Both the position numbers and the translations under genes were made by a program. Of a stretch of DNA of 64,000 nt, positions 45,641-58,402 are shown in pieces; the stretch's first letter is position 1; each line of letters begins with the position of its first letter. The stretch lies in assembly GCA_012295275.1 (NCBI GenBank), contig CM022679.1, forward strand, positions 21,948,001-22,012,000. The letters run 5' to 3'. The DNA comes from Chrysomallon squamiferum. Its lineage: Eukaryota; Animalia; Mollusca. The notes under the pieces were generated by a model, which made no database searches, was not told where the DNA came from, and worked only from the letters and a program-made list of their open reading frames with translations.

Positions 45641-46415
45641 ATCTCTCTCATCATGACAAAAGTCATGGCATATTCTTAAAAGGCATACTTGGATAATTTT
45701 CTGGAGGAACCATTCTTTTGCCTTGTAATTCATAAAAAAGCAATTCTTGTTTGCTTACATACATCTACATATGAAAGGCAGCCATTTTAACTAGAGTAGA
45801 TTGTGACGTACATTTTTCACAAGAATCCAGAAGTAGATTTGAATACAAAAAAGTTGGGTATTTCTGAGAGAAAAAAATTGGTGCTTACTTATTTTATATA
45901 ATTGTCAGTAATAGTCTGTTTAGTTTTCATTTTTTGTGATTTGGTATTGTAAAGCAGAATGATGGTAATTGAAGATATTAGCTTTATGATTAACTTCATA
46001 ACATTTTATTTTTGGAGTGTAACATAATTTTCACTTTTTGTACTGTAAAAACCCAAACTAGAAGTCTAATATTAGAATGATGAAGAACAAAGATAAACAG
46101 TGCAAATATTGTTCTGTGATAAATAATAATTTTTGCCTGAACATTTAAGTGATTTATAACACAAATAACATACTGTTCAGCAGCCACCATCAATCAGTCT
46201 TTTTGAAGCTTTTTAAATCGCATTTATCAACAAAGTACAACAGCAGACGTTTTTGTTTGTCATTTCCTCAAAAGGGCCCCATCAGCTTCTTTGCCCTGAA
46301 TGCTAGGTTTCCTGTTCAAAGGATAGAGTTAGAATTATGGCTTTTTTTGCTGAGAAGAAGGACAGTTTTCTCCCTTTATTGTGAGGTCCCAAAGTTCAAG
46401 TTTCTTAGCAATGGC

Positions 46416-46461
<46 letters not shown>

Positions 46462-47012
46462 TTTTTTTTCAGGTATTGCTTGATAGGGTTGTAAACATAT
46501 GGCTGTGTGTGCATTTCTCCTGCAAGCCAGCCTTTGATAGTGTTGCCTTTGAAGTCCCTTGCTATCTTGAGCTGGCTTATTACAAGGGAGGTGTTTTTTC
46601 TTCAACTTCAAAGTCTCCCAAACAGCATATTTCTTGAAGCCTGTATCTTGGCCTAGTCTGTGTAAATGGCTGTTCAAAGTGAAAGATATCCATGCTCTAA
46701 ATCTCTCAGCTCACATTTTAATGTCCCCTTTGCAAAGGTCACAATTTAAGTTTGTCCCAAGGAAAATGAGGCTTACCTTTCTTCTTTTTTTCTTCTTTTT
46801 TGTCTCTCTCTCTCTCTCTCTCTCTTTTCTCTCTTTTCTCTCTCTCTCTTTTTCTTTTTATTTAAGTTTTTTTGCTTTCTGTGATACTTGGATTTAGCAA
46901 TTTTAGTTAAGTTGGGCTGCAAAGAATATTAAGACTTGATAGACATCATTTTGAAATATTTTAAAACTGAAAATTTGTCAGGTAGTTGTTGTATTTTTGT
47001 TTTCAGTTTGTT

Positions 47013-47073
<61 letters not shown>

Positions 47074-47589
47074 CTCTCATTTTAAAGGAATGTTGTATTC
47101 TTACCTCCCAGGAAGTGTGTTAAAACAAAACCTTTCTGAGTTTGCCACAATTTGATAAAAGTATTAAAGATATGGATTACAGGAAAACTTTAATGTGTTT
47201 TGCACTGGATTGGGGTTCAGAAAAAAAGTTAGATAAGAAATTACTGGTGAAGCAAGTCTTACATAAACAGTATAAAATGGGAAGAAAGAAATAATAACAG
47301 AAATTAAATACTTGCAAGTTGAATACATAAATAAATATTCATCTGAAGAATTTAATACCAGCTTGTTATAATTTACTTTGTATTTGTTATTTGTATTTGT
47401 TTCTTATTTTCATTATCTATTTTAAAATAACATTATTATATGAAAGTTCAGATGCTCTTTTTAAGAATTTAATATTAACCTGTCATAATTTACTTCAGTG
47501 TGGTACGCTTTATTATTATTTTTTTGTTGTTCTTCTTTTCATATTTCTTTCTCTACAACACTAACGGTTGATATTATTTGAAATTTCAG

Positions 47590-47661
47590 ATGTGGTGGTA
47601 ACAAGTGCGTGGATACTATAGTTAGGGCGACCATAGTTGGAGGGATGTCGCCTTGTCGACA
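47590..47661 (+). other. 5' UTR portion of Axin exon 2, containing two uORF starts
   Basis: 72 nt between the acceptor (47589) and the main ATG. It contains ATG TGG TGG TAA (47590-47601) and ATG TCG CCT TGT CGA CAA TGA (47645-47665). Confidence 0.8.
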
Positions 47662-48671
47662 ATGACTAGCAAAGTCTATGAGTTTCTCAATGATTCCGGG
47701 GGGAACAACTTCACTGAAACTTCACAGCGCCCACCTGTCCCAGGTGAAGAAAATGAAATCCAGTCCAATGGAGGAATGTCTACGCAGAGCAGCGGCTCTC
47801 ACAAAAGTCATGTGTCGACAAAAAGCACCAAAAGCCAGTCCTCGAACAAAAGTGTCAAGAGCACCAAAAGTGCTACATCTAAGAAAGGGGAGGTAACTCA
47901 CTCTCCGGCGGCGACACCTAGGAAGTCGAACCTTGACAAAACAAACGGGTCTTCTCTGAAATGCTCTTCTTTAAAACTGGACCATGACGAAATGGATGCC
48001 CCTTTGGGGTTTGAGCCCGAAGGTAGCGCGGCCAGTTCACCGCCGTTCACTGAGAACAGCACCCCACCCCACCTGAAATGGGCGGAGAATATTGCCCACC
48101 TGCTTAATGACAGTGAAGGTGTTGAACTCTTCAAGGAGTACTTGAAAAAAGAACACGGTGGTTACACCGAAGTTCTGTTCTGGTTTGCATGCCAGGGACT
48201 GAAGCAGACGTGTAACCAGGACGACGTGCCAGGCATCATCAAGGCCATCTTCAAAGGTTTTATTCGCAGCGACAAAATATCATGTCTGAATGCCGACACG
48301 AAGCGCAAAATCGTTGATAGTTTTTCGCGGAAGGAGGCCATCGACAGGAGTATTTTCGATGCGGCTCAGGCCGAAGTGGAACGCTTCATGCGCAATGTGA
48401 CGTACCCAGCATTTCTGAATTCGGATTTTTATGTGCAATATGTTCAGACATACAGCGACAGTCCAAAGTCGAGCCACTCGAGTGGGTCGAACAGTGCTCG
48501 TCCCGTTTCCCAATCCGGCCCGCTGCCCTCGTTGCCGGAGGACAAGGAACTCGACACCAGCTTACCAAAAACATTAATGGGCCCACCGCTTCTTAGCAAG
48601 GTCCCTGGTCACAAATTTTCTCGCTGTCATAGCTCAGGGGGAGGACCAAGAAGAACTGAGACCTTCACAGG
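47662..48671 (+). CDS. Axin: Axin coding exon 1 (gene exon 2): tankyrase-binding motifs and RGS (APC-binding) domain
   Basis: ATG at 47662 (acaATGa) gives MTSKVYEFLND...RPPVPGEE (tankyrase-binding motif 1, 47728-47751), TPRKSNLD...LGFEPEGSA, the RGS domain HLKWAENIAHLLNDSEGVELFKEYL...FWFACQGLK...YPAFLNSDFYVQY, and LPSLPEDKEL. These match hallmark Axin segments. The acceptor tttcag ends at 47589 and the donor GG|GTGAGT is at 48672 (phase 2). Confidence 0.97.
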
Positions 48672-49278
48672 GTGAGTAACTGGATTGAAGTTTCGTAATA
48701 TATCTTATCATACATAAAATTTTGTATTCATAGAGTATACGTTTCAAGTCCTGTTAAAATAAAAATTCAAGTTGTGATATCATTTTGGACAGCATCTGGT
48801 TTACATATAACAACAGAATTTTTGTTGTGTGAAGTAAAAAGAAGTGTTGCATTATAAGAAGGTGCATTTTGACGTAAGCATTGTACAGGCATAACATTAT
48901 CTTTGTCTGAAACAGAATAGTTAAAAGCTAGCCGATCATTCTACCTTTTTCACTTTTGCCAGAAATGTTTGGAGTTAGTTGAGTATTTAATGTTGGCACT
49001 TTTGTAGGAATCATGTAGGTGTACTGAGATCTCTGACAGAATTCGAACCATGGCAGATATTTCCTGTGTAGGTGAAACCATAGACATTATGAAAGAACTT
49101 GTTAGTACGGAATGCTGTTAATTAACCAGCAGGGGACTAATTGATGCAATAGTTAGTGGATACATTCTCTTAACAAATCATATCATATTTAACTCGTTGA
49201 ATTCATACAGCAAGGTGAAAGGATGAAAAATAAACGACATAACAATCCACACTAGTCATCAAGGAAAAATAATAATAA

Positions 49279-49331
<53 letters not shown>

Positions 49332-51514
49332 CATTATTGTTAATTATTATTATTATTATTATTATTTACTTATTTACTTCTTAATTTAATTTTTTATTCA
49401 TACTATTATTATTTTTTTAATGGCACTCAGTGTAAAACATTGCTCACTCTAACACAAATGTAATTGATTGTAGTTAAATTATATAGCTTTAACACACCAA
49501 TGATTAATAGAAATCTGGCTGAGTTAAAGATCAACTTGACTTTAGATCTGACGATAGCACAGCCTTTGAAATGTGATAATTTGCACTTTAAATTATCCTG
49601 TGTCTGATGTTGTAAGATGATGTTGATGAATAGCGCTGCTGAGATCTCCGACATCAAGATGTGTTTGATAAATCCATGTGCATTTAATCTGCATGTGTAC
49701 ATACTTCAGTATATCCCACACACACACATGCCAACCACACACACACACACAAACACATGATGAACCATTAAATGCAGTTATTTGTGAACATTATTTATTA
49801 ATAATACAGTGGAAATGAACTAATAGGAGGTACCAAATTTTGTTTAGTTATTTTTTTATTTTTTTTTAATTATTATTATTATTTTTTTTTTTTTAAATGA
49901 CAGATGATGTTATTAATTTAAGGCAGTTCAGTAAATTCACATGCTTCTAACTCTGAACATGTTAATAACAACAAAAACACACACACACACACATTTCAAA
50001 CAATGCATTTGTTCTTTCATTAAATATCATGTGATCCTGTGCGCACTTAGTAATATAATCTTTGTATATTATTAACAAACACACCTGCCAGGGTTTTTAT
50101 TTCTGTTACAGTACACAGTTTATTTAACAATGTATTTATTATTTCTTTGTGGAAGGTACTGCACTAATTACCTAACACATGTATTGTTTTGTACAGGTGC
50201 AAATACCTGTATTATTAGCTTGGCATTTCACAATGTAGAAGGATGAATAAGATGGGCAATAACACATCCACATACACAAACACATCCACACATATACACA
50301 TATACACACATATACACATACACACATACACACATACACACACACACACATACACAGATGTAGATGAATACAGACATCAACACATACATTTTATTAAATA
50401 TTTATATTTCTCCATTTTAAGTTACTACATTATACATTATTATTCTTCGATAAAATTATTATTCATTTACGAAATACATGCTTTGCATTTTACTACAAAT
50501 TCGTCAACATTTTAACATTTTCAAACGTTTAACTATAACATGTACAACCTTGTTAAAAAAAACAGTGTATATCCTGTTCAGTTCATTTATTACAGTCTTT
50601 TTTATTTTTATTTTTTATATTTTTAAACATTGCTGAAGTTATCCATTCAGTATAATTACTATATGTTGCATTTCATTGTGTACCCTGTGGAGGTCAATAT
50701 TATTTGATATGCTATCTCAGAAGTTTTCATTACCTTTCAGTTCCAGATGTTATGTGACCTATTTTCTCTTCTTTTTTTTTTTTATTATTACTATTTTTTT
50801 TCTTTTTTTTTTTTTTTCTGTAGTGTTTAATAGCCTTGATATTTAATTATCTACAGAGAAAAAACCATTAATAATGTATAGTTTAAAAATATGGATCCCA
50901 TAGGACAAGGCATTGCTATCATTTTAATCTTAACACTTTTTATCTCTAACTTAACTGTTGCATGAAAACATGAAAATTTTTCAGTAATAAATAATTTACA
51001 CGTGCTATACAAAGTGATACTTCACATCTTTTATAAGTGTTATTGCATGTGGTTTTTTTTTTATAAAGAGATACATCATGTCTCTTTTAAAAGTGATATT
51101 TCATATGGTAAAGTAATTGAAAGTACTTATGTGCGTAGGTGCACATATGCTGGTATATAACCTCACTGATATTTATTAATATTATGCTGTGGTAGTTGTG
51201 GTTGAGGTTGTGGAATATTAATGCATGGTCTGTGGTGACTCACCATCACAACCACCACCGCAGCATCATCATCAATATTAGCATCATCATCATCATCATC
51301 TTCATCACAACATTATTATTGTTATTATCAGTGTCAGTATCAATCTTTTTTAATACAAGTATTAGTGTTACAATAATATTAGTTAATAATGGTATTTGTG
51401 TTACTGTTAGCATTATTTTTAGTTGTGTTATTATAAATATTCAAGTTATTAGTATTAGTGTTGATGTTAATATTGGTGTTAGCATAAGTGTTAGTATTGG
51501 AATTGGTAGTATAC

Positions 51515-51604
51515 TGTTAGTATAGATGTTACCATTAATATTGGAGTTAGTGTTAGTATATATGTTACCATTAATATTGGAGTTAGTGTTAGTATAGATA
51601 TTAG
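51515..51604. repeat. 36-bp tandem repeat (~2.5 copies)
   Basis: tgttagtatagatgttaccattaatattggagttag at 51515 and 51551, with a partial copy at 51587. Confidence 0.88.
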
Positions 51605-51693
51605 TTTAATATTCTAAATTATTTAATATTGGAGTCATTATGGGAGTCAGTGTTAGTGTTAGTATTTACTGTTTTCCTGTTCTTTGTTTCCAG

Positions 51694-51837
51694 GAACATG
51701 TACTACACCCCAAAGAAGGATTCTTCATATCCCACACACATATCGTATGCACCAGCATCAGCACAAGACAGTGAACTGCAGAGTCTGTCAAGTGACGCAC
51801 TCACAGACGACACCATGTCCGTAGCTGACGGCAGCAT
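51694..51837 (+). CDS. Axin: Axin coding exon 2 (144 nt): conserved acidic/Ser block
   Basis: Acceptor tctttgtttccag ends at 51693. GG+G restores the frame to give NMYYTPKKDSSYPTHISYAPASAQDSELQSLSSDALTDDTMSVADGS, resembling vertebrate APATSANDSEQQSLSSDA. Donor AT|GTGAGT at 51838 (phase 2). Confidence 0.95.
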
Positions 51838-51847
51838 GTGAGTAGAT

Positions 51848-52190
51848 ATAGTTATAACATCATAGACAATACATGTGTATGTCATTGCAAATATATTTAT
51901 AACATCATAGACAATACATGTGTATGTCATTACAAATATAGTTTTAACATCATAGACAATACATGTGTATGTCATTACAAATACACAGAAACCTTCATAG
52001 ACAATAAGTATGTGTGTAATTAAAAATATATTAAACCACTCATTGATAATAAATGTGTGAATAATCAAAACTATATATTAATATCTTCAAAGACAATAAA
52101 TATGTGAATAATTAATGATACATTAATAACCTTAAAGACAAAAAGTATGGGAATAATTACAAATATATTAATATCTGCCTGTACATTAAA
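51848..52190. repeat. 45-bp minisatellite: three near-perfect copies followed by decaying copies
   Basis: aacatcatagacaatacatgtgtatgtcatt.caaatat occurs three times at a 45-bp period, then degenerate agacaataaatatgtgaataatt units follow. Confidence 0.88.
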
Positions 52191-53598
52191 TAAGTGAATG
52201 CAGACACACACTTGGGTGTTAATGTTAATATACACCTCATCTACACTCAATACAGTGTCTCTTGTTTATAAATATACACTTTGGTGTTAATACCCTTGTA
52301 GACAATAAATCTGTGAATAAAAATAATAATGTGACCTGTCTTAAGTTGCATGGCCAACTATTGAACTTCAGCCAACATGAGTGGAGTGACACACAAAAAT
52401 ATTGATTTTGATATTTTGTTAAAATGGGTTTATATTATATATGCCTTATCACTTTGATCCTTATGGAATTGATAGGTATTTATGATAAGGTGTGTTTTAG
52501 GGGCAATTTTATGAATGAACTCTGTTGTTTGCTGGATGCAAGAAACACTCATATTTGTCTGTCCATATCACTGGAACTAAACACAATACAGCGATGACAG
52601 AATCATCAAAATAAAGCTTTTGAAATCAGAAAAGTATTCATGATCCAATCAGTGAAGATGTGATTTAAGAATTAATCTGATGTGATGGGTGACATATTCA
52701 CTTTAAGGCCAATAATGTATGAATAATATAACATACAGTTTGATATCTGCACTAATAATTATTATGTCTGTGATCAGTATACAGAGAAGGTAATATATGT
52801 GTATGTTATAAATTATAAACTCTTTATTAATGTCCTGACAAAAGTCTGTGGTAGAATGTGGATAATTAATTTAAAATAATATGTGCTTAGGTTTTGATGT
52901 AGTGTCTGTGGATACAGTGTGAGTCGAGAATGTTAGAATAATGAGTAAATAACACACAATTAGTATTATTGTCCTGATAACAGTCTACGATAAACAACAT
53001 ACACATTAATGTTAAATGCCATGACAGGTGATCAAGGATTTGCAATAGCTGAGTAATTTTAAATAATGTGCACTATGATACCAGACAATAGGCAATTGAG
53101 TAATTAAATTAATATACACATTAATGTCACGACAGATGATGAAATGTCTGTATTGTGTGATACATAATATAGTATCTGTAGTAGTAGTAGTAGACAGAAG
53201 TATATATAAAAAAGATTGAAGAAAAGATACATAAAATAATGATAATACAAATCATACAGATATTAATAGTGTTTAATGAGATGGGTCACAGAGTCAGTAC
53301 TTCTATTTAAGTCTGTTGGGCTGTTTCCAATTATAGCCAAAGACACGATGACCACTGCATTACACGATTTGTCTTATTCTTTTGTGCTCATGGAAATACA
53401 TGCATGATGTAACTATCCTGCAGTAGTAGGTTTTTCTCTCAAACATAATTGTGTGTGTCTGTGTGTGTGCGTGTGTGTGAACCAAGTTTTAACAGTTATT
53501 CATGTTTCGTTGGCTCTACAAACATAAATTGATTTGTGGGATTAAGATAGCCATAATTCAGTAACCTTAAATGCATTAGCAATCTTAAGAATACAAAT

Positions 53599-53656
53599 GC
53601 AAGTCTGTATATGTATGTGTGTTAAAAAGCAAGTCTGTATATGTATGTGTGTTAAA
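53599..53656. repeat. 30-bp-period tandem duplication
   Basis: gcaagtctgtatatgtatgtgtgttaaa at 53599 and 53629. Confidence 0.88.
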
Positions 53657-53984
53657 TGCAGTCAAGAGGTTCCTTTTTAAAGTAAAAATCCTTTGAAGTT
53701 GACTTTTCCACACTTTATTTACATGGAAAAGCCGAGCGTATACGTATGTATATAGTTTTCATTTTTTTTTAATTTTCTTTCACTTTAAAATAAAATAAAA
53801 ATGAAATAAATTAAAGTGTATTGTATACTTGTGACTTTCATTCAACCGGAAATAAAAGAACAATAACTCCACTAAATCTGGCATAATTTCGCCAACGTTC
53901 AAACGGACCAACGACAAAGGATGAAATTTTTATCGACAGACTTTTATGTTTATATCTGAGCATTGTTCATTTTAAAAACTCCTT

Positions 53985-54171
53985 TTCCTCGATGAAAAGG
54001 CGAGTGTCAGGCTTGACAGATCACAGATAGATGTATGTACGTCTGTTCTCCCATCATCCCATTTGATCGGTGGACTGGAAAAGACTGGATGGATTGATCA
54101 TGCTTGCCTCAAGTGTAAGACTAAAGCCTTAAGCTGTTGACTTTTATCTATATTTCCCTTTCATCGAGGAA
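53985..54171. mobile_element. Short element bounded by inverted repeats (possible MITE)
   Basis: TTCCTCGATGAAA at 53985-53997 and TTTCATCGAGGAA at 54159-54171 form a 13-bp perfect inverted pair (15/16 when extended). Confidence 0.45.
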
Positions 54172-57100
54172 TCTTTGCAATTTCACTACCATATCATTTG
54201 TAATGTGTCAAGGAAAAATCCTTTTGAAACCAACCCCCTTGTGTTGGCCATTTTGAAATTTTAATGTTACTTCATTGGAAAAAAGAAAATTGATAGAAAC
54301 TGTTTTCAGTGTTTTTCATTTTGGTTTTTGTCCTTCTGAATTGTACTTGTTTCAGCAGTCTTGAAAAGTTAATAATGTTATTATTTCATGTTAAGAAAAA
54401 AGAAAAAAGTCTGAAATGTTCTTAATGTTCTTAATTTTTTTAAATAAGTCAGTAATTACAGTGGAATATTTAGCATTATGAAAAGTAAATAGAGCTAATA
54501 ATTATTAGTCTAATATGGTCAAGCACTTTATAAAGTTTATTTGTTTATTGTTTCTCTCTCCTTATTTCCACAAATTAAGATTTTTAATTTTTTAATTTTC
54601 TTACATTTTTTATTCATTATTATTTTTTAATTGAAGAAATAAAAATCAAATAAAAGTGACTTACATCATTTTGCCTACCCCACACTGGCATATAAGTAAC
54701 TAATTTAATGGTATACAAAAACATCTCTTATTTTTCCTTTACAAATCTTTTATTTAAAAAAGAAAAAGAAAAAGAAAAAAAAGAAAAAAACTCTTTCCCA
54801 CCAAAGCAACCCAACACCTTTCAGAAAACGAGAAAGAAGAAGAAAAAAGCTTCTAGCACTCTTTGTTAAAAGCAAATGGATGTTTTTAACCACAACCTTC
54901 TTAAGCCATATAACATAATACCTTTGTAGTGTATTCCACAACATATCCATTTCCAAACCATTGTATTACACACCCTTATACCTAGGTCTGGCTTCTTTCT
55001 TTCTTTCTTTCTTTCTTTTTTTTTTTTCAATGGGGGGGGGTATTTGTTTATTTTTATTTTTATTATTTTTTATTTATTTATATATTTTTTTTATTCTTTT
55101 ATTTTTATTTTTATTTTTTTAAAAGAAAGAAGAAGAAGAAAATGGCCGAACTATCTTTAGAAGTTTCTTGGAGGTAATTAAATTAGACCATCCTGTCATT
55201 ACAGCCTTTGTATACATGCGAGTCCCCATTGTCAGGCGGCCTTTGAAGCTGGTCGCCTCAGTGACAGGGCTATTATCTTGGAACAGTTCGGGGATCAGTG
55301 TGTCTTTGACAGACAGTTGGGCTTATCAGACATGCAGACTTCAAAAGGCTTCAAATAGCACAGAGAAACAATTTATGCACTGTTGATAAAAGGGCCAAGT
55401 CACTTACATGGGGACTGGGTCTGTTATCACATGAATAGCCCTCTGGCTTTGATCTTTCCTTGGGCTGGTGTTTACCTGCTTTTTTTCATACCCTCTGCAG
55501 CTGGGTCGCCTGTTTCTTTCTTTCTGTTTATTTTATTTTATTTTTCTTTCTCATTCTCTCTGTTCTTTCTCTCTGCATTAATTTTTGTGTTTTTTTTTCA
55601 AGTTTTTTTTTTCTCTCTCCTCTGTCTTTATTGTTCAAATCAGCATTAGTATTTATATCATTATTATTTCATTTGTTGCTTACACTCCAGTGATCAAGAG
55701 TTGTTCCCCCCATAAAATACCAGAATGGTTGATGAGACATAATGAATTTGTCTTTTCTGGGTATTACGGCTGAATTTTCATTTAAGGTCAATAAATGTTT
55801 ATTAATTCCCTCCAGCCCCACTGATTTAATAAATGTAATTAAATTATTTAATTAGTGACTTTATTCTGAGTACAGGGGTAAAACTTGTTTAATTAAAATC
55901 CGTTAAATTATGGTATGGAAGATAATTATGAAAGCAAATAAATGAACTGGATAAATTTGAATGAAAAAAACAAAACATTTGCCAGTCAAACAAATCAGAA
56001 ATGTTTTGATTACATGAATCTTATTTTTTTTTTTTTAAACCCCAAATAAATAAATATGTTCATATTACAAGAACCTTAAAGGCAAATAAATAAAAGGTAC
56101 TTAAGTGCAGTTCAGTCATGATTAAGAAACCTTTTAGTGTTGTAGAAAATGGATATCATTTTTCATCAGACTTAACAAACGTTGTTTTGTTTCATCGGTT
56201 GTAAGCAGAAGAACGTATTACCATATTCTGTTTGTGTTTCACATACCAGCAAGTGGATTAACTTCGAGTAAACTGTATCAGTCTACCAGATACCTGCAGC
56301 TAATTGAAAACTATAGCTCTAGCGGCCATTCTGGTTTTCTCGATAAGCAATTCAATATCTACTAAATGACAGGAATGTGAAACTGTATCAGCACACATGA
56401 CTGGGGTAGTGGAAATTGGATGTTAAATTACCGTATAAATTTACTGAAAAAAAATTCCTGTTTGCCAATATTTTGAAGATAGTTGTTCAATAAAATTGTT
56501 TTATTACATAAGACTTACTATAAGATAAACAGTAGCAGCTTGGGGTGAAACAAAAAAATTTAAACTTTAGAAATGATTGCATCCATGTTGTTTGAATCTA
56601 TAACAGATTCTTAAAAAATGAAAATAAAAAAAATACTTAGTATTATTTAAGTATATAAATAAATAAATAAATAAATAATAAAATTCACAATATATAAAAT
56701 ACTAACACTATTTAGTTCTGATACCAACTAAACAAATAAGCTTCTGGTAAAAATGTATTATTATTATTATTATTATTATTTTGACCTAGCCTGCTTCGAA
56801 GGGTATTAATGTGGTTTGACTTGAAACACAAAAGTGTGTAACACAAAGGCAGTCCTGTAGGAACATTATCCCAGACAGAATTTCCAATACATGGATCATG
56901 TTAAGACCAACACTGAATACATACATTTAACTACTGCAGCTGTACTTGTATCAGATATATTTATTTTAATTTTATTATTTATTATAGTTTTTCAAGTGAG
57001 AAACCAAAAGCGCCTTCAAATGCTTTGTTTATACAAATCCCCGAGTGTATAAAATTTTAATTTTCTAAATATAAAATTATCTCCTCAATCTTTGATGTTT

Positions 57101-57550
57101 AATCCCCTCTGTGAATTATTCATGCACCTTGTGTTGATGTCAGTCTCTCGAACAAGTTAAAATAACAATAAAGACATGTATACATTTGTATATAAAATAT
57201 TTTATTGTTGACCAGTACATACGAAAGTTATTGTTACTATGTATATACACTGACGGCTTGTGGGGTATACAGTATATTTGTCATATGCTACATGTAGAGC
57301 TGACCTTTTTGTTTACAGTAGGAATGCCAGTAATCTGGATTTGCTGTTATCACCCCTACAGCCAACCTTACAATAGCATTCATCAAAGATGGGATGAGTT
57401 TATATTCGGAATTTGGGGGTAGCCAGGATGAATGGAAATTCCAGTACTAGATTACATGCAGTTCATTTCTTTTTTTTTATTGTTTTTTTTTTTTTTTTTT
57501 TTTTTCTTTCTCCTTTCTCTTGGGTGGTGTTTTTTTTTTTATTATTATAT

Positions 57551-57583
<33 letters not shown>

Positions 57584-58300
57584 ACTGGGTAATCATCTGT
57601 TTAGTAGTTGTGGTGTATGTGTGTAATTTAGTGGTTAGCTGTTTTGGTGTGCATGTGTACATCTGAGGTAGTACATACTGTTAGTCCAAACATGAAGGCT
57701 TGATTTTGAAGTAAAGAAATGAGAAATAGCAGAATAATTTTTTTTTTTTTTTTTTTTTTACTATCTAATTAAAATTCTGATTCTTAAAATGATTTAAAAT
57801 GATTTACCAGTAGTATCATTATTTCTTTATCTATTCATATTTTAAGATGTATGAGAATGTGTATGGAAGGCTAATTTGTTGCTGGACTTTTGTGGTGTTT
57901 CTTCTTGCTTTTTTTCTCCCTTTTCTTTGATACTTGTGACCTAGGGAAAGTGTGGTGAGAGCTACCTCTGGTGACACAAAGCTGACCTTGAACAGCAAGG
58001 GGTCACAGCCTGTGGGTCACACAGTCAGTGAGTGAGTGTAAAGCCCATTCATATCCATTGGGCTTTCCAACACCTCGAACAAAGCAACACTGTAATTTAT
58101 CAAAACTCAACACAGACAGTTCAAATGCTTTTTCAGATTGTTGGAGTGAAAGCACATCTGCTGCAAATTAAAAAAAAGAAAGAATGAAGCAAAATGTGAA
58201 AAGAAATGATAAAAAAAATAAAACCGAAAATGTTACGATATTATTTGGTTGTAAATTGTGTGTTGCATATGTTGTACTGAATTGTGTTATATGATGATCG

Positions 58301-58353
<53 letters not shown>

Positions 58354-58402
58354 CTCTCTCTCTCTCTGTCTGTCTGTTTTGCTGTGTGATTAAGCAGTCT
58401 TG

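Noticed and set aside
47678-48586. Alternate-frame and antisense ORFs overlapping the RGS exon
   Set aside because: Expected shadows of a GC-richer coding exon, with no independent evidence.
47653-48675. ORF-track limits (TTG start at 47653, stop at 48673-48675) as a complete 340-aa single-exon gene
   Set aside because: The first in-frame ATG is at 47662. The TGA is part of the GTGAGT donor, and the frame continues correctly into downstream exons.
57300-57420. Acceptor-like tgacctttttgtttacag in the intron after 51837
   Set aside because: No convincing donor giving a frame-preserving exon.
57664-57673. TGAGGTAGTA, matching the 5' end of let-7
   Set aside because: The match stops after 10 nt and I see no precursor hairpin.
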